In this document: piece by piece, positions 39,359-51,570 of the stretch
How the letters are laid out: every line of letters starts with the position of its first letter
Position numbering within the stretch: position 1 is the first letter of the stretch
Assembly: GCF_018350175.1 (NCBI RefSeq)
Contig: NC_058368.1
Location: 102,488,001 to 102,552,000, forward strand
Reading direction: 5' to 3'
From: Felis catus
Lineage: Eukaryota
DNA length: 64,000 bases
Made by a program: the position numbers and the translations under genes
Notes under the pieces: model-generated
Database searches by the model: none
Told to the model about the DNA's origin: nothing
What the model saw: only the letters and a program-made list of their open reading frames with translations

Positions 39359-40756
39359 TCTGGTTCCTTCTTAAATAATGATTTTTCCTTACTGACGCTG
39401 GCTACGAAATTTTGTACCCGATTACAAAATATACCTTTCAGGACCTCGAAGATTTTTCTACAATTTTTGCTTTTCTTCCTTGAAACGGTGCGCGCTCTTT
39501 TCCGCCTTCTGACAATTACACTCCCACCTGTCACCGGATATTCATTCTTCGTTGTTGTTCTCTGCTTTCGTTCCCTCGTGTGGTCCTATTCTCACTTCTT
39601 TTCTCTCAACTACTTCCTCCCCAGCATTGATCTCCAATTATTCCCCCTTCCCATCCAGGCAGTCTCCTTGGCATATAGTTTTCCTTTCTCCCCTGGGAGT
39701 TTGAGCCCTCAATTTTTTCCCCCTTGAAACAGAGGGCCCTGAACAGTGACTCTGGGTCTCAGACCTTTCCGGTTACCCGCGTCTTTGCCCTTACTCCTTG
39801 TCCCATCTGTCCATGATACTGACACCGATCATCTCCCTTCTCCTTGACCAATCTAGCTTTGAGGCAAAGAAAAGGTTTCCCCTGTGTTCTTCACTCTCCT
39901 TTGTTCACCTGGGGCACATACCTTCCTCACCTTTTCTACTCTCATTCCCCAATGGAGCAACTCGGCTCTCTCCTTGGTAGTTAGTTTTTAATGACCTGTT
40001 GGCCTCTACTATCAATGACACGAGCCATCTGAAACACACCGTACCTGATGATCGTGTGCTACGAGATGTGGCCAACCAGAGTCTGGGTCCACGGTAGGTA
40101 TGGTATATGCCACATTTATGTTTCTAACAGCAATGACAGACTAATCCTAATCCAATTCTCTTGTGACTATTGGATTATACTAGCCAGATGGCCTGCTGAG
40201 CTTAGGGGCAGGGAAGGTGCTATGTCCCCAGTCAAAGAAGAGAAATGACTGGTTCACCTCGGGCCGAAGCCTCTGACCTTGGGTTCGTTAGCCCTGAGCA
40301 CCAAGCAGTCACAGCCATGTCATGGCCATGGCCCTTGGCTAAACGCAAGAACCCAAATCAGCAGGTCAATTTAAACCTCAACAACCCAAGAACAACCACA
40401 TCAAGACCGAGAGATCGGCTGGCACACCGAGAAGAAAGTGAACTTGAGATCAATCCGTCTTCCCCATTCCCATGATCCCCCTCAGGGCAAAGGGTAACCC
40501 TCGCCCCTGCTTCCCTGTCTTTCCGTACTGGCACTTGAAACGCAGGCCACTTTTAGGGCCACCTCATCCATCCTGAACGTCAAAGCCACCGTGAACAGGA
40601 AAGAGAAACACGGTTCTGATTCCAACAAAAAAACCACGGGCAGTATCAAAACCACTTTTCTCTCCTCTCCGATCCCCGCCAAACCAAGTCCCCTTACCGG
40701 TGGACATAACGAAATACATCAGGGGGGGGAAATAGATAAAAGTAAAGTGTATTTAC

Positions 40757-41012
40757 CTTCTTCTGTTTCATGCCACACGATCCCTTCCAAATTCACACTG
40801 GTCCCAGGTTCACAGGGCCCAAGACACTCTGGCTCTGTCACTACTCCAACTTCACATGTATTGACACCCACGGAACGAGTCCGCACCAAAAGCTGTTCAA
40901 CCGGTGCTGCAATATTGGATGAAGATGGGGGAAAGTAGGAGGGCAGAATCTGAGGCGTGAGGCTGCTGGAAATCGGCGGTGGTGGTGCTGGCACTGTAAA
41001 CAGGGGGTCAAC
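40757..41012 (-). CDS. ZNF608: Internal coding exon (256 nt, phase 0 start / phase 1 end) of zinc finger protein 608
   Basis: Translates to [85 protein letters not shown](G). [21 protein letters not shown] is the conserved ZNF608/ZNF609/Brakeless motif, and the N-terminal part plus HETEEG match ZNF608 as recalled. Acceptor is cctgtctgtctttcag|GTT (AG at 41014-41013); donor is GAAG|gtaaat (GT at 40756-40755). Confidence 0.95.
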
Positions 41013-42301
41013 CTGAAAGACAGACAGGCTTACTGCAGGGTGCTGCATTCTCCGAGCTCCTTACAATGCAATCTGTTTATATCACTTCTAGAACACATCA
41101 CCATTCCAAATTCCATTTGCAAGCAGAACAGGCTTCAGGGGGGTTTCGTGGGGCCACCACGTTAAGGAGAAGACAAAACGAGCGTTTGAGGTTTTTCACG
41201 CCCGCCAGGGCCAACCCTGGGGATCCTGCTTCCGGAATAGACAGGCAGGACTCCCAACGTCCTAAATTCACCGATGGAGAACCGTCAGCCTCAGTCGACA
41301 TGCGTGAACTCTGCTCTGCAAAATTAGGACTCTTGCCCCCTTGTGATGAAATCTCACGTTCAAAACCGCAGTATTTTCCAAAGGAGAAGATCCAATAAAC
41401 GCCACAGAGGCATCACTGGGCACTTCAGCATGGGAGATGGGCTAAAATCGTCTTCAAAGTACTTTACAAACCGTAATGAATTAAATCACTACGAAAATAC
41501 ATTAAGTGACTCTGCTGAATATGTAAAATACATCAACTTGATTATACACACTCAAACACATAAACTGGATATTATTAGCATGTATTAAGCATCGACTCCT
41601 AATTAAGTGTTCTACTGCAAAGTTTAGCAGAATTCACCTACGTGGGGAAATAAAGGCCTGTGCCCAACGTCAGCAGAACCGGGAGTTTCTCCAATGCCAC
41701 ATGTCCTTTAGTGGTTCGACTTGGAAAGGTCCCTGATGAGTCTGACCAAGTCCCGGGATTCCACCCTCAAAATCCCAGGAAACAGACATGACAGCCATTA
41801 TAAGAGCACACGGTGCAATGCCATGTCCTTTGCACCCCTATCCTCGCGAGCAGGAAAGCAGATCTTGAACCATACAACATTCAGGAGCCTGGCCGTGACG
41901 AAAACCAAAGGCTATGCATGTACTAAGTAGGCACACCTCCAACCACCCCACTCTCTCGTCAGACCCATTTCGATTACAGTTATGACCGGTACAGAACAGT
42001 GTTAGCCGTGCTGACGGGTGGTCAGATGTAGAAGAGCCCAATGCAAAGCCCATCTGCACCACGACTCCAGATCGCTTGCCTGGGTCTTCAACTTACACAC
42101 AGGTATCACCTACCGATAAGGGAGGCCATCTTGCGTGCTTTATCAGCTGAGCTAACAAATCCTATGTGTGCAAAGGACACACAGAAACTATTTCTGGTAA
42201 AAGGCCATCCTGGTCTGTAGCTCCTATATGCCCAATTAACCTTTGTAAGAAACCAACGCTTGGCTATTAGACGTGCTATTACATAGTCTTTGTTGTTTAA
42301 A

Positions 42302-42337
42302 ACACACACACACACACACACACACACGTACACACAC
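42302..42337. repeat. Interrupted (CA)n microsatellite
   Basis: Read directly. Confidence 0.9.
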
Positions 42338-43042
42338 AGAGTGCGTTTCAAGACAAGTTATAGGAGGAGGCGTGCTCCTGGTTGAACAGCTGAAGCAGTC
42401 ATGTGTGTGGGCTCCTTGTTCATATGACTGTAGGAACTATTCCTACAGTTTGCCTTTCGCTAAAATGATCAAGTGACGTTCACTTGCCTGAATGATCCAA
42501 GATGCAATAGAACAGCCCTTCGCCCATCTGCATGCTAAAGAAACTTAATTTCCTGCTCTCCAAGCTGCCATAAAACTTCTTTTGCTCCACGCTTTTTATT
42601 GTTCTGCATTCTTGATCACAGAGCCCAAGAAAGAAAAGCATTTAACGGTCCCAAACCCCAGATCTTGTGATTTATGCTTCCGCGTAAATGCAGCTTAATG
42701 TGGATCAAAGTTCACACTGATAGTTCCTATTTTAACACTGAGCTGACAAATGAAGAAAGGGGTTCCAAGGGAGGAAATGCGGGGGTGGGGGGCATGCAAA
42801 AAATCCACTGCTACCTGGTCGTCTGTATTAAACTAAAACATTTAGAACCACTTTCCAGAATTTAAAAAGAAAAAAAAAGGCCAAGAAAAATTATAAACCG
42901 GCTACTGGGTTTTTTTTTTTTTTTTTGCATGTCTGCCAACAAATTCTTAATTTGTACAGTTAGTTGTAAAATGGGTTTAATGATTGCTACACACAGAAAC
43001 TGAAAAGACAAAACAGAACGATACTCTCAAAATACTCTTTAG

Positions 43043-43058
43043 ATCACGTGATTGACAG
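43043..43058. promoter_or_regulatory. Overlapping palindromic E-box ATCACGTGAT and PBX-MEIS/PREP decamer TGATTGACAG
   Basis: Exact consensus matches; function untested. Confidence 0.45.
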
Positions 43059-43214
43059 CCTACGTTAATTCCAAGAAAATACAGTTTCAATCGGAGAAAC
43101 AAGGAAATAGGATGAAATGAAAGGAGGGAAGGCAGCTAAGAGAGCATGAATTCCCTTTGGGAGATCAGGATACAATGAGGCAAAGCCTGCAATACAAAGT
43201 TTTAAGGACAGGGC

Positions 43215-43322
43215 ATGTTGGATGCTAGTATTTTGGCTCTAACACTGACGATAATTAGCATGTGACTTTGGAGAGTCACTTAACCTCACTAAGGACCATT
43301 TTCCTCACAACTGGAAAATGCA
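43215..43322 (+). mobile_element. MIR fragment
   Basis: tagcatgtgactttggagagtcacttaacctc...ttttcctca. Confidence 0.65.
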
Positions 43323-44230
43323 TCCTCCAGCCGCCTACTGATAACAAATCCTATTACAATAGAATTCCTGGGCTAAATCCCTATTTCAATATAACTCCAA
43401 CTACGAATATATCTGCACACAGATACACACACACATGAACCTACTCCTTGGGATATGTAAGTGACTCCAAAGATCAAATTTCTAAAGAATCTAGAAGACT
43501 TGAGGCGAGAGGCGACGGTATCCTGGGCCTACGAGCAACTTAACGGTGTTTATTTCCATTCACGCAATCCAAGGGCAATGAACAAAGCTTGGTGGATAGC
43601 ATTTATCGAGCAGACCTTGGAACCCCGTCCCCAAGGCTTACAGTGAGAAGCTAAGGTTCGGAGAGTCTGACTATAAACATGAACTTAATCATAAACAGTC
43701 CCCCAATACAAGACCACACCCCAGTGGTCTAATGGCTTCCATTAGAAGCCCCTCTTCCCCAGAGGTCACCAACCACAGAGGAGGGTAAGGAATCACAGCC
43801 ACTCCCAGAGGTGTTTTACACTGGGAGGTATGCTACTCTTTCAAACATTACAAATTTTCACAAACGCAAAAACTTAGGGACAAGTATGAATGTCTACTAT
43901 CTCTTAAAATAATAACGAGATAACGTACGGGGCTCGGCCAGCGATTCCTCGCGGCATCAACTGACAGGGCTTAGGCCTTGCAGTGACCAGCTGAGTTTGC
44001 ATTTGCAGCCCTCCCCTGAGAGAATCACAGAATGTCTGCCCCTAGAAGACCACGTAGCCAGCCTCCTCATTCTAGAGAGAAACTTGGCCCATATTTGCAC
44101 AAAGGCAATAAGTAAGGTACCTCTGGGGGCAGCCCAAGTGAAAATAAAACAGCATCCTATAAGCAGTAGGAGTTCAAGTACACACCCGAGGAGCCAAGAG
44201 AGAGGCGGAAGGGAAATAATTCAGTGTCTG

Positions 44231-44462
44231 AGGGCGCCTGGGTGGCTCAGTCGGTTAGGCATCCAACTTTGGCTCAGGTCACGATCTCGGGGTTCCTGGG
44301 TTCAAACCCCGCGTCAGGCTCTGTGCTGACAGCTCAGAGCCTGGAGCCTGCTTCGGATTCCCTGTCTCCCTCTCTCTCTCTGCCCCTCCCCGCTTGTGCG
44401 CTCTCTCTCTCTCTCACCGTCTCTCAAAAATAAATAAATATTTTAAAAATAATAATAAAATT
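44231..44462 (+). mobile_element. Can-SINE
   Basis: TSD aaataat(t/a)cagtgt. Confidence 0.93.
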
Positions 44463-44779
44463 AAATAATACAGTGTACCGAGTCGCTAATTCTTTCCGCC
44501 AGCGAATGCCCCCAGTAAGAGATGCCCCCCTACAAAAGGTTTCAGTTCTCTTGTGAATCTTACAGCATCTAAAACAAAGCCACATGCACCATGTGTAAAG
44601 CAGGATCTGGAAGGATTTTCAGTAGTGTTTTTACCTCCTACCAAAGATCAACTCCGCTGCGCCGATTTCCAGGTCACTGATCCATAGACGGAACCGTACC
44701 TTCTTCAACCAATGAGGCTCGTGAAGACGGAGAGAAGCATTGGTCCCTAGGAGAAGCCCCTCCAAGGGGCATACACTTG

Positions 44780-45010
44780 GACGTGGTAGTGGCGGCCCTC
44801 AGGTTGCGATAGGTTCAAATCCCTACCTCCCTGTTACTCGCTGTGGGGGACCCCTGAGCAAATAACCTGGCTACTCAGAGGCTCCACGTCTGCATCTCAG
44901 AAATGGGAGTAAGAATAACAATTACGCCCACAGGGTCACAGTGAAGACTCAGTGAGATGATTCACATAAAGTGAAGGCTCAGCAAAGTGCTTAGCTCAGT
45001 AAATGCTGGC
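44780..45010 (+). mobile_element. MIR SINE
   Basis: ggttcaaatccc...catctcagaaatgggagtaagaata...gtgagatgattca. Confidence 0.7.
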
Positions 45011-45589
45011 TTGGAAAAAGAGAAAGAAAAAAAAAAAAAAGCCCCTGGTCTGATATTACAGTTCTCTAACCCTGCATGCAACCTTACAAAGCTCCTTTTT
45101 ATATCCTACTATATTTAACATAAATCTATAATCCCCTCCAAATGCATGGTTAAGTGCGGTTAAAGTGTGTTAAAAGTATAAGAAAAAGGGCTTAACCCTG
45201 AGAAGCTCAGCCTGGGGGAAAATACTGCTCCTTTTGTACGTTGGCATCTGGCAGCAGTCGGCCCAGCCTAAGCACCCCCCAATTTTACAGATCTTGATGA
45301 GCCCTAGACCTCCCCCAAAAGTCGTCCCTGAGTCGTCGCAACTTGATCACATAGCCCCCCAATAAATAACGCCTACACACCCGCTACGTGCCAGGCACCC
45401 CGCGCAGGCTGCTAGCAGGACGAGAGCAGGTGCAACCCGAACGGGTCCGTGCTGTCCTGGGCTTACTCCCTAATCAGCAGGACTGTGGCACTCATCATCA
45501 AATACTCACGCAAGTACAGCAAAATTCCACCTGTAATTGCAGAACCACAATCAAGGGGCCGTCCGTAGGTCCTGAGCGCAAAACAGAGC

Positions 45590-45810
45590 GTGTAGTGAAA
45601 GGCAGGGCAGTGCAGGGATCAGTCTTCAGAGGTCGAATCCCACCTCCTTCCGTTACATAACCTTTAGGCAAAGTCACCTGATCTCTCTGGGACTCAACGG
45701 CTTCATCTGTAAAATGGAAATAACCCGTGCCTAAAGGGACTACTACATGAGCCCCAACAACCCTAGTCCAGGTCTGGGTATGGAGCAGCGCTCAATAAAT
45801 AGGAGCTGTT
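45590..45810 (+). mobile_element. MIR SINE
   Basis: ggcaaagtcacctgatctctct...catctgtaaaatggaaataa...gcgctcaataaat. Confidence 0.7.
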
Positions 45811-45999
45811 GCCACGGCCAATATTATCATCCTTATTGCAAATATAATTGAGATCTGAACTAAAAAAGAAATCAATGTAGGATTTGCTACATTCAAAGAC
45901 AACTCACCGGAGGCAATTATGAATACGCTTTGCAGGGGGAAGGTACCCTACAGTAGTCCTAATCAGATATTCCAGGTAAAAGTCACTGGGGAATTATTA

Positions 46000-46630
46000 G
46001 TCTAATAATACTAACACGCAGGAGAAAAGACCAGAATAGAGAACTGGCCAGCATTAGCAATGGTTCCTTTGTCACAGCTCTTTTCTGTCTTCTTGATGGG
46101 ACACTGATGTAACCTATTAGAGCCCAAAAAATAGAAGCAGGAAAACAGCCATCTCCAGTGGGGGGGGGAGGAGAAAGAGACCCATAAGTCTAACAGCTGG
46201 TGGTGGCAGCCTGTCAAACTGAGGAAAGTTAATGTCAAGAACAGACGCGCGGCAGTCTCTCACTGTTATTTTTGCATGATTATTCCCAGGTGTTGGTGCA
46301 CGCTGAGCAGTAGCCTGGCTATTTATCACTCGAGAGAGCCGAAGAGCAAGGGAGTGGGGGAGGAGGGGAGGCAGAGAGGCGGGGAAGAAAAGGTTATTTA
46401 CACAGATAGCGGCACTTAGCGTGTGTAATCAGAGGGCTGGGGGGAAAAAATCCGCAGAGAGATTCTGGCAATATTTTCTCAGTTCACCTTATTTCAAGGG
46501 CTTCTTGAGCGCTGATGAGCAAGGAAGGCTACAAAGCAGGAGTGTTCACAGTAACAGCTTTGCTTCACTCCAGCACCGTGTCAGCCAGTGATGGATTCCA
46601 ATACTGGAAACTGACAGCCAACGAGGAAGG
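46000..46630. promoter_or_regulatory. Candidate intronic enhancer / alternative promoter
   Basis: No recognisable TE; five TGTCA/TGACA, FOX-type TATTTACA, TTTGCAT, GA-rich tract. Confidence 0.4.
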
Positions 46631-47674
46631 GTGCTGGGGGGCACCCTGGGCCGGCACTCCTGCAGCCAAAGAGGTGCAAAGAGACGGGTGATCTGCAGCG
46701 GGATGCGGTGTAGCCAGGCAGAGGGAGAAGGGGCGTCCAGGGCCAGGGGCAGAGACAGGTAAGCCCCAACGGAAGGTCTGAACCCTGACTGGGGAGCTTG
46801 CCCTTTGGTTGCTTCCATCTCTTGCAAAAGTCTCCACGCTCATCTGGCTCTTAACCCTTCAATCCTGGGATTCTCGGATCAACAACAACCAGGGCGGAAA
46901 CGGGGTTTTATTTTGCTCGGTCAATATTTTTACATTCTGTGGGCGTGCTGGGGCACAATTACTTAATGCTCACGTTTTCTCCCTATCGTGGCATTTGGCT
47001 GTTTTACGAGATTGCCCACAGTCACCTCTTTCATTTAAAACGCATTAGACAGACACTGCACTTCATGCAGGGGAAATCACAGCTCTTTGAGGGTGACCAC
47101 TGCCACCGTCTCTCACTCTGCATTTTAACCACCCTTGGTGCCGGACATGGCTGCTGCTTCATTAGCGAAGAAGGGAAGCTTAAAAAAAAAAAAAAGGATC
47201 TCTTCTCCGAAATGAACGGTCAAGGGTGAATTTCCACCCCCGATACGGAAACCTGAACAAATGTATGCCGGTCAGTCCTAACGGTGTCTTTCCTAAATGG
47301 GGTGGAGACTTTTCCTTTCGGATCCACGATCAAAGCAACCTTCCGCTCTACAGCTTGGTTCTCAAACAACACGGGTGAGTTCCCAGTTCACGGTCTACTG
47401 TGCACCACACCTCAGACATTTCCTATCTCCTTTACGTCCCGACATCCCCATTTTATAGAGGTGAACACTGAGGATGGACAACTGGTTCAAGGCCAAAATT
47501 TTAAAATCCATGGGCTTTCCTGTAAAAATACTCGCAACAGAGGGAGACACCGTTTCACCTCTCTGACAGAGGAGGGATTATACTCCACGTGCTCACGCTA
47601 AATCTTCGCAAGATTATGAAAGGCCAAGTATTTACATACGGGGAAAAGGAAATTTGGGAAAAGAAACTTTAAAA

Positions 47675-47888
47675 AAAATTTGTTTTTTTAATCTTTATTT
47701 CTTTTTGAGAGAGAGACAGAGTGCGAGCAGGGGAGGAACAGAGAGAGAGGGAGACACAGAATCCGAAGCCGGCTCCAGGCTCCGAGCTGTCAGCACAGAG
47801 CCCGACGCGGGGCTCGAACTCACAGACCGAGAGATCATGACCTGAGCCGAAGTCGGACGCTTAACCGACTGAGCCACCCAGGCGCCCC
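47675..47888 (-). mobile_element. Can-SINE
   Basis: TSD tgggaaaagaaactttaaaa. Confidence 0.95.
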
Positions 47889-49125
47889 ATGGGAAAAGAA
47901 ACTTTAAAAGGTCACTCAGGGTTGGTGGCCCAGCCAGAACTTGAACCCACAGTGGTCTAAGAGGAAAAGCAAACTCTCCTAAATATCAAATACAATGTGA
48001 GAAGATGGAAGGAAACCTTCCTCCTAGGGTCATTTCTGACCCTTCCCTGTAGGTTAGAACTCACACACCTGAATCTTTTTTTTTTTTTTTTTTTTTTTTT
48101 TTGCATAGAGTTCAGAGCATGCCTCTGAGGGCATCTCATAAGCAAATACTGCAGTCCCTTCCGGAAAACTCCCTCAAAGGCCTCACGAAAACCAAAGCTC
48201 AGGGTTAGTTTTGTTCTTTTAAATCAACCAACTCTAAAAGCTCCAACTACATACGATGGCTGGGAATGACACCATCATTTTCACTTTCTCATTTTGTGAA
48301 GACCAGAGGCCACCCTAAATAAAAGGCCACAGATTAAGCTGCTAAAGGGCTTTTACGGACCTGGTAGGGTTGGACCAGGGCCCTGGCCCCAGGACAGCTG
48401 CTTCCATTTCCAATCATGCCAAAATCACAGAATGCCAACCCAGGGTCTCTCTACGGGGCTGCTTGGGGGATGGCAAGCGGTACCAGGAGGAGGTCACTGG
48501 ACTGGTGAGTCACCTCAGAAGTGTCCCTGTGTGCAGGTCACAAAGCACAGACACATAAAGGCCAGCGACAGGACTTTGAACAACAGTGACCAAGTTTAAC
48601 TTCATTCTCCAGACGGGACAGTTTTCAAAGCCAAACAGAAGGCACGGAGTAGAATTCAACTACTGGATTCAGGGTCGAGTTTCTGTTTTTGTTTTGAAGC
48701 CAAATGGAATTCTCCTGCAGAAGGTTCTCAACTGGGTAGGCTCCAGAGCAGGGGCTTCAAGGGCAGGTGCAGGGGACACAAGGGCTCCGTCTTGGAGGTG
48801 GGCCGACCCCACCAGCCCACATCAGCTGTCATACCCTTAAGCTGCATTTGTGACCTCTGCAAACAAAACGGGTCCTACTGCTGAGCCACAGATGCCTCTT
48901 CTGTTTTAAAAGTGGCACTGACATCTTCAGCTGCTCAGAGAGCTGGCTGTGCTCAAACAGGAACACTAAGGGACCAGCGTTTGTTTTTCTTTTTTTTTTT
49001 TTATGTTGTCCATAAGGGTTCTCTGATTTTCTCTCATCCTGCTCATTTCCAAAGTTACTTAAAACACAAAAATAAGCCGCCAAGAAAGGAGACCATCAAA
49101 CAGGTACTTAAAAGTCTGTCTTCTT

Positions 49126-49360
49126 GGGGCGCCTGGGTGCCGCAGTCGGTTAAGCGTCCGACTTCGGCTCAGGTCACGATCTCGCGGTCCGTGGGTTCGA
49201 GCCCCGCGTCGGGCTCTGGGCTCATGGCTCAGAGCCTGGAGCCTGTTTCCGATTCTGTGTCTCCCTCTCTCTCTGCCCCTCCCCCGTTCATGCTCTGTCT
49301 CTCTCTGTCTCAAAAATAAATAAACGTTAAAAAAAAAATTAAATAAAAAAAAAAAAAAAA
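49126..49360 (+). mobile_element. Can-SINE (no clear TSD)
   Basis: Near-consensus body and long A tail. Confidence 0.94.
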
Positions 49361-49580
49361 GAAAGTAGGCTGAAATGAGGGAAAAGTCACAGGCCTCTCA
49401 TCCTACTGGACACAGACAGGACTTTAAGGGAAAAAGGAAGGGAGGAATAAAAGGAAAGAAGGGCCTATTTGGAAAAATCACTTTATTCTTATTCTCAACC
49501 AAGAGTGGTTCTTTTCTTCACCTTATATTATGGAATCTCACTTGCAACTGCTACAAAGAGTGTCTTCAATTGAAATTTGA

Positions 49581-49803
49581 GGGGCACCTGGGTGGCCCAG
49601 TCGGTTAAGCGTACGACTTCAGCCAGGTCACGATCTCGCGGTCCGTGAGTTCGAGCCCCGCGTCCGGCTCTGGGCTGATGGCTCAGAGCCTGGAGCCTGT
49701 TTCCGATTCTGTGTCTCCCTCTCTCTCTGTCCCTCCCCCATTCATGCTTTGTCTCTCTCTGTCCCAAAAATAAATAAACGTTGAAAAAAAAAATTTAAAA
49801 AAA
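49581..49803 (+). mobile_element. Can-SINE (young)
   Basis: TSD gaaatttga. Confidence 0.94.
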
Positions 49804-50235
49804 GAAATTTGAAACATTTGAGTTGCAAATGCAATACATGCTCGTCACACCAAATTCAATAATAAGGAAGCTCCTGAGTCACGCTGTATGGGAACCAATA
49901 TGGCACCTTGGCCTGGGTCAAAAATCTGCTTCTCCCAAGCATGGCGGGTCACCCACAGAAGGGGACAACCTAGACTCCCTGCCCAGGATACCACCTTGGT
50001 GTCATTCACCCTCCCCCCTGCAAAATCTAAACTCTGCCCACTTAAACCCACTGCATGCCTAAGAGGCAGTGTGTGCCCATCTCACCTCTCTTTCCTCTAT
50101 ACTTCCCACATGCTGATCCAAAAAACTGATCAATTTCAGTGAATTCACGAAAGCTCTGAAATTTTAATTGCACAGTGAACCAGAATAAATGACTCGGTAA
50201 GGCTTTCCATGGTTTGTCATGGAGATGCAGGGCTT

Positions 50236-50252
50236 GGGGAGGGAGGGAGGGG

Positions 50253-50300
<48 letters not shown>
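50236..50300. repeat. G-run tract followed by (GA)n microsatellite
   Basis: ggggagggagggaggggggg then (GA)~23. Confidence 0.92.
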
Positions 50301-50304
<4 letters not shown>

Positions 50305-51264
50305 CACCATAGCTACTACGATCACCTACACACTCACTCTCAAGGACACTTCAGTGACACATGCATTTGTATTACGGCTCCCAAGAAAGGCAAGGGTATG
50401 TTTTCTCATCTGAAGTCTTAAGCGGTAAGTTCGACCTCTCAGGGTCAGGAAGCAAACCAGAGGCCATCACTATCCCAGGGGGGGCTGCTCTGACCTCTAC
50501 TAAGTACCTACCCTAACTACTACTTTCAAAAGTTTCTTCTCACAAAGCCCCACACAGAAAGAGCTGCTCACAGGACCAGAATTCTGTTTTCCCTCCTGAG
50601 AACAAAGATTCTAGAAGCCAACAGGTCACTCTCTAGGGAGAGGCTTTCTCCTAACAGTTTCTTATGCATCCTTCTAAAAATGTGACCCGTATAAAAACGT
50701 GAAATGGTGGGGGGGGGGGGGGGTGTCACTTTTTATTTTCCAGCCTTCTGCATGAATTTTAACCTGAACTTGTACTACGTTCACAATTAATTTTTAAAAA
50801 CTAACCTTTTAATAAAAAGATGCTAAAGCCTTTCTACTCCAGGATAAAAGTAAGCAAATGCCAACGCAGAGGGGGGAGGGCCTATTTTTAAGACTGTTAT
50901 TTCAAATCCTTGTGCAAAGGTCCTGAAACCAACAAGCCGAAGGTGGGATGTGACAGGAGGGCCGTATATTGACCCCATGTCCTCCCCCTGTATAAAGGCT
51001 GCCGTTTAAACCTACCTCCTTCTGACAAAGTCATTCCTTTCTCCAGCAAATTTTTGCCAGGTACCACTATGTGCCTAGCAATGCTGCAGGAACCCTCCGG
51101 GGGCCCCAAGGCCACAGGGGAGACCGGCAGCACGCGGGTACAGGTGGCATCACCATGGGGCGGGGGGGGGGGGGGGTGTCAAAGATGGGTCTTAAGGAAG
51201 TGCAAAGTGCAGCCTGGGGAGGAGACAGGAGACGAGGGCAGAGCTGGTCCATGCTAGACATCAC

Positions 51265-51570
51265 CGTTGATTAAGGGCCTCGAAGCCCTGGAGGTAAGAA
51301 AGACAAAGCAGAATCAAATGCTGGAAAAGCGGGCCTCGTGGTGAGCCTGGATATCGCTAAGAACCGGGGGGTTATGGCCAAGCTGGAAGACAGCGCTAAG
51401 GATTTCAAGTAGGGGCATGAGAGGGTCGGGTTGTTCTTCTGGTAAAAAACACAACAGGTGGGGTGGGGAGAACGGAGGACAAGGGAAGCTGGAGGAAGGA
51501 GGGCAGTTAGGACGCCGTAACAGGAGTCCAGGGAAGAGACGGTGGGCTTGGTGTTGAGGATTGGCCATGC
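51265..51570 (-). mobile_element. L2 fragment
   Basis: aaggatttcaagtaggggcatgagagggtc...ttaggacgccgtaacaggagtccagggaagagacggtgg. Confidence 0.55.

Larger units (their letters stand above)
1..40756 (-). other. ZNF608: ZNF608 intron downstream of the 256-nt exon (partial)
   Basis: Begins at the GT donor; the expected next exon (V-L-V-V-N-V-T-W-R-N-K-T-Y-like) was not seen in the window. Confidence 0.8.

Noticed and set aside
40591..40938. 115-aa + strand ORF
   Set aside because: Antisense shadow of the ZNF608 exon; no independent support.
40719..41048. ORF-track 109-aa ORF as a standalone gene
   Set aside because: Its ends ([12 protein letters not shown] and [11 protein letters not shown]) are intronic read-through beyond canonical splice sites; only 40757-41012 is exon.
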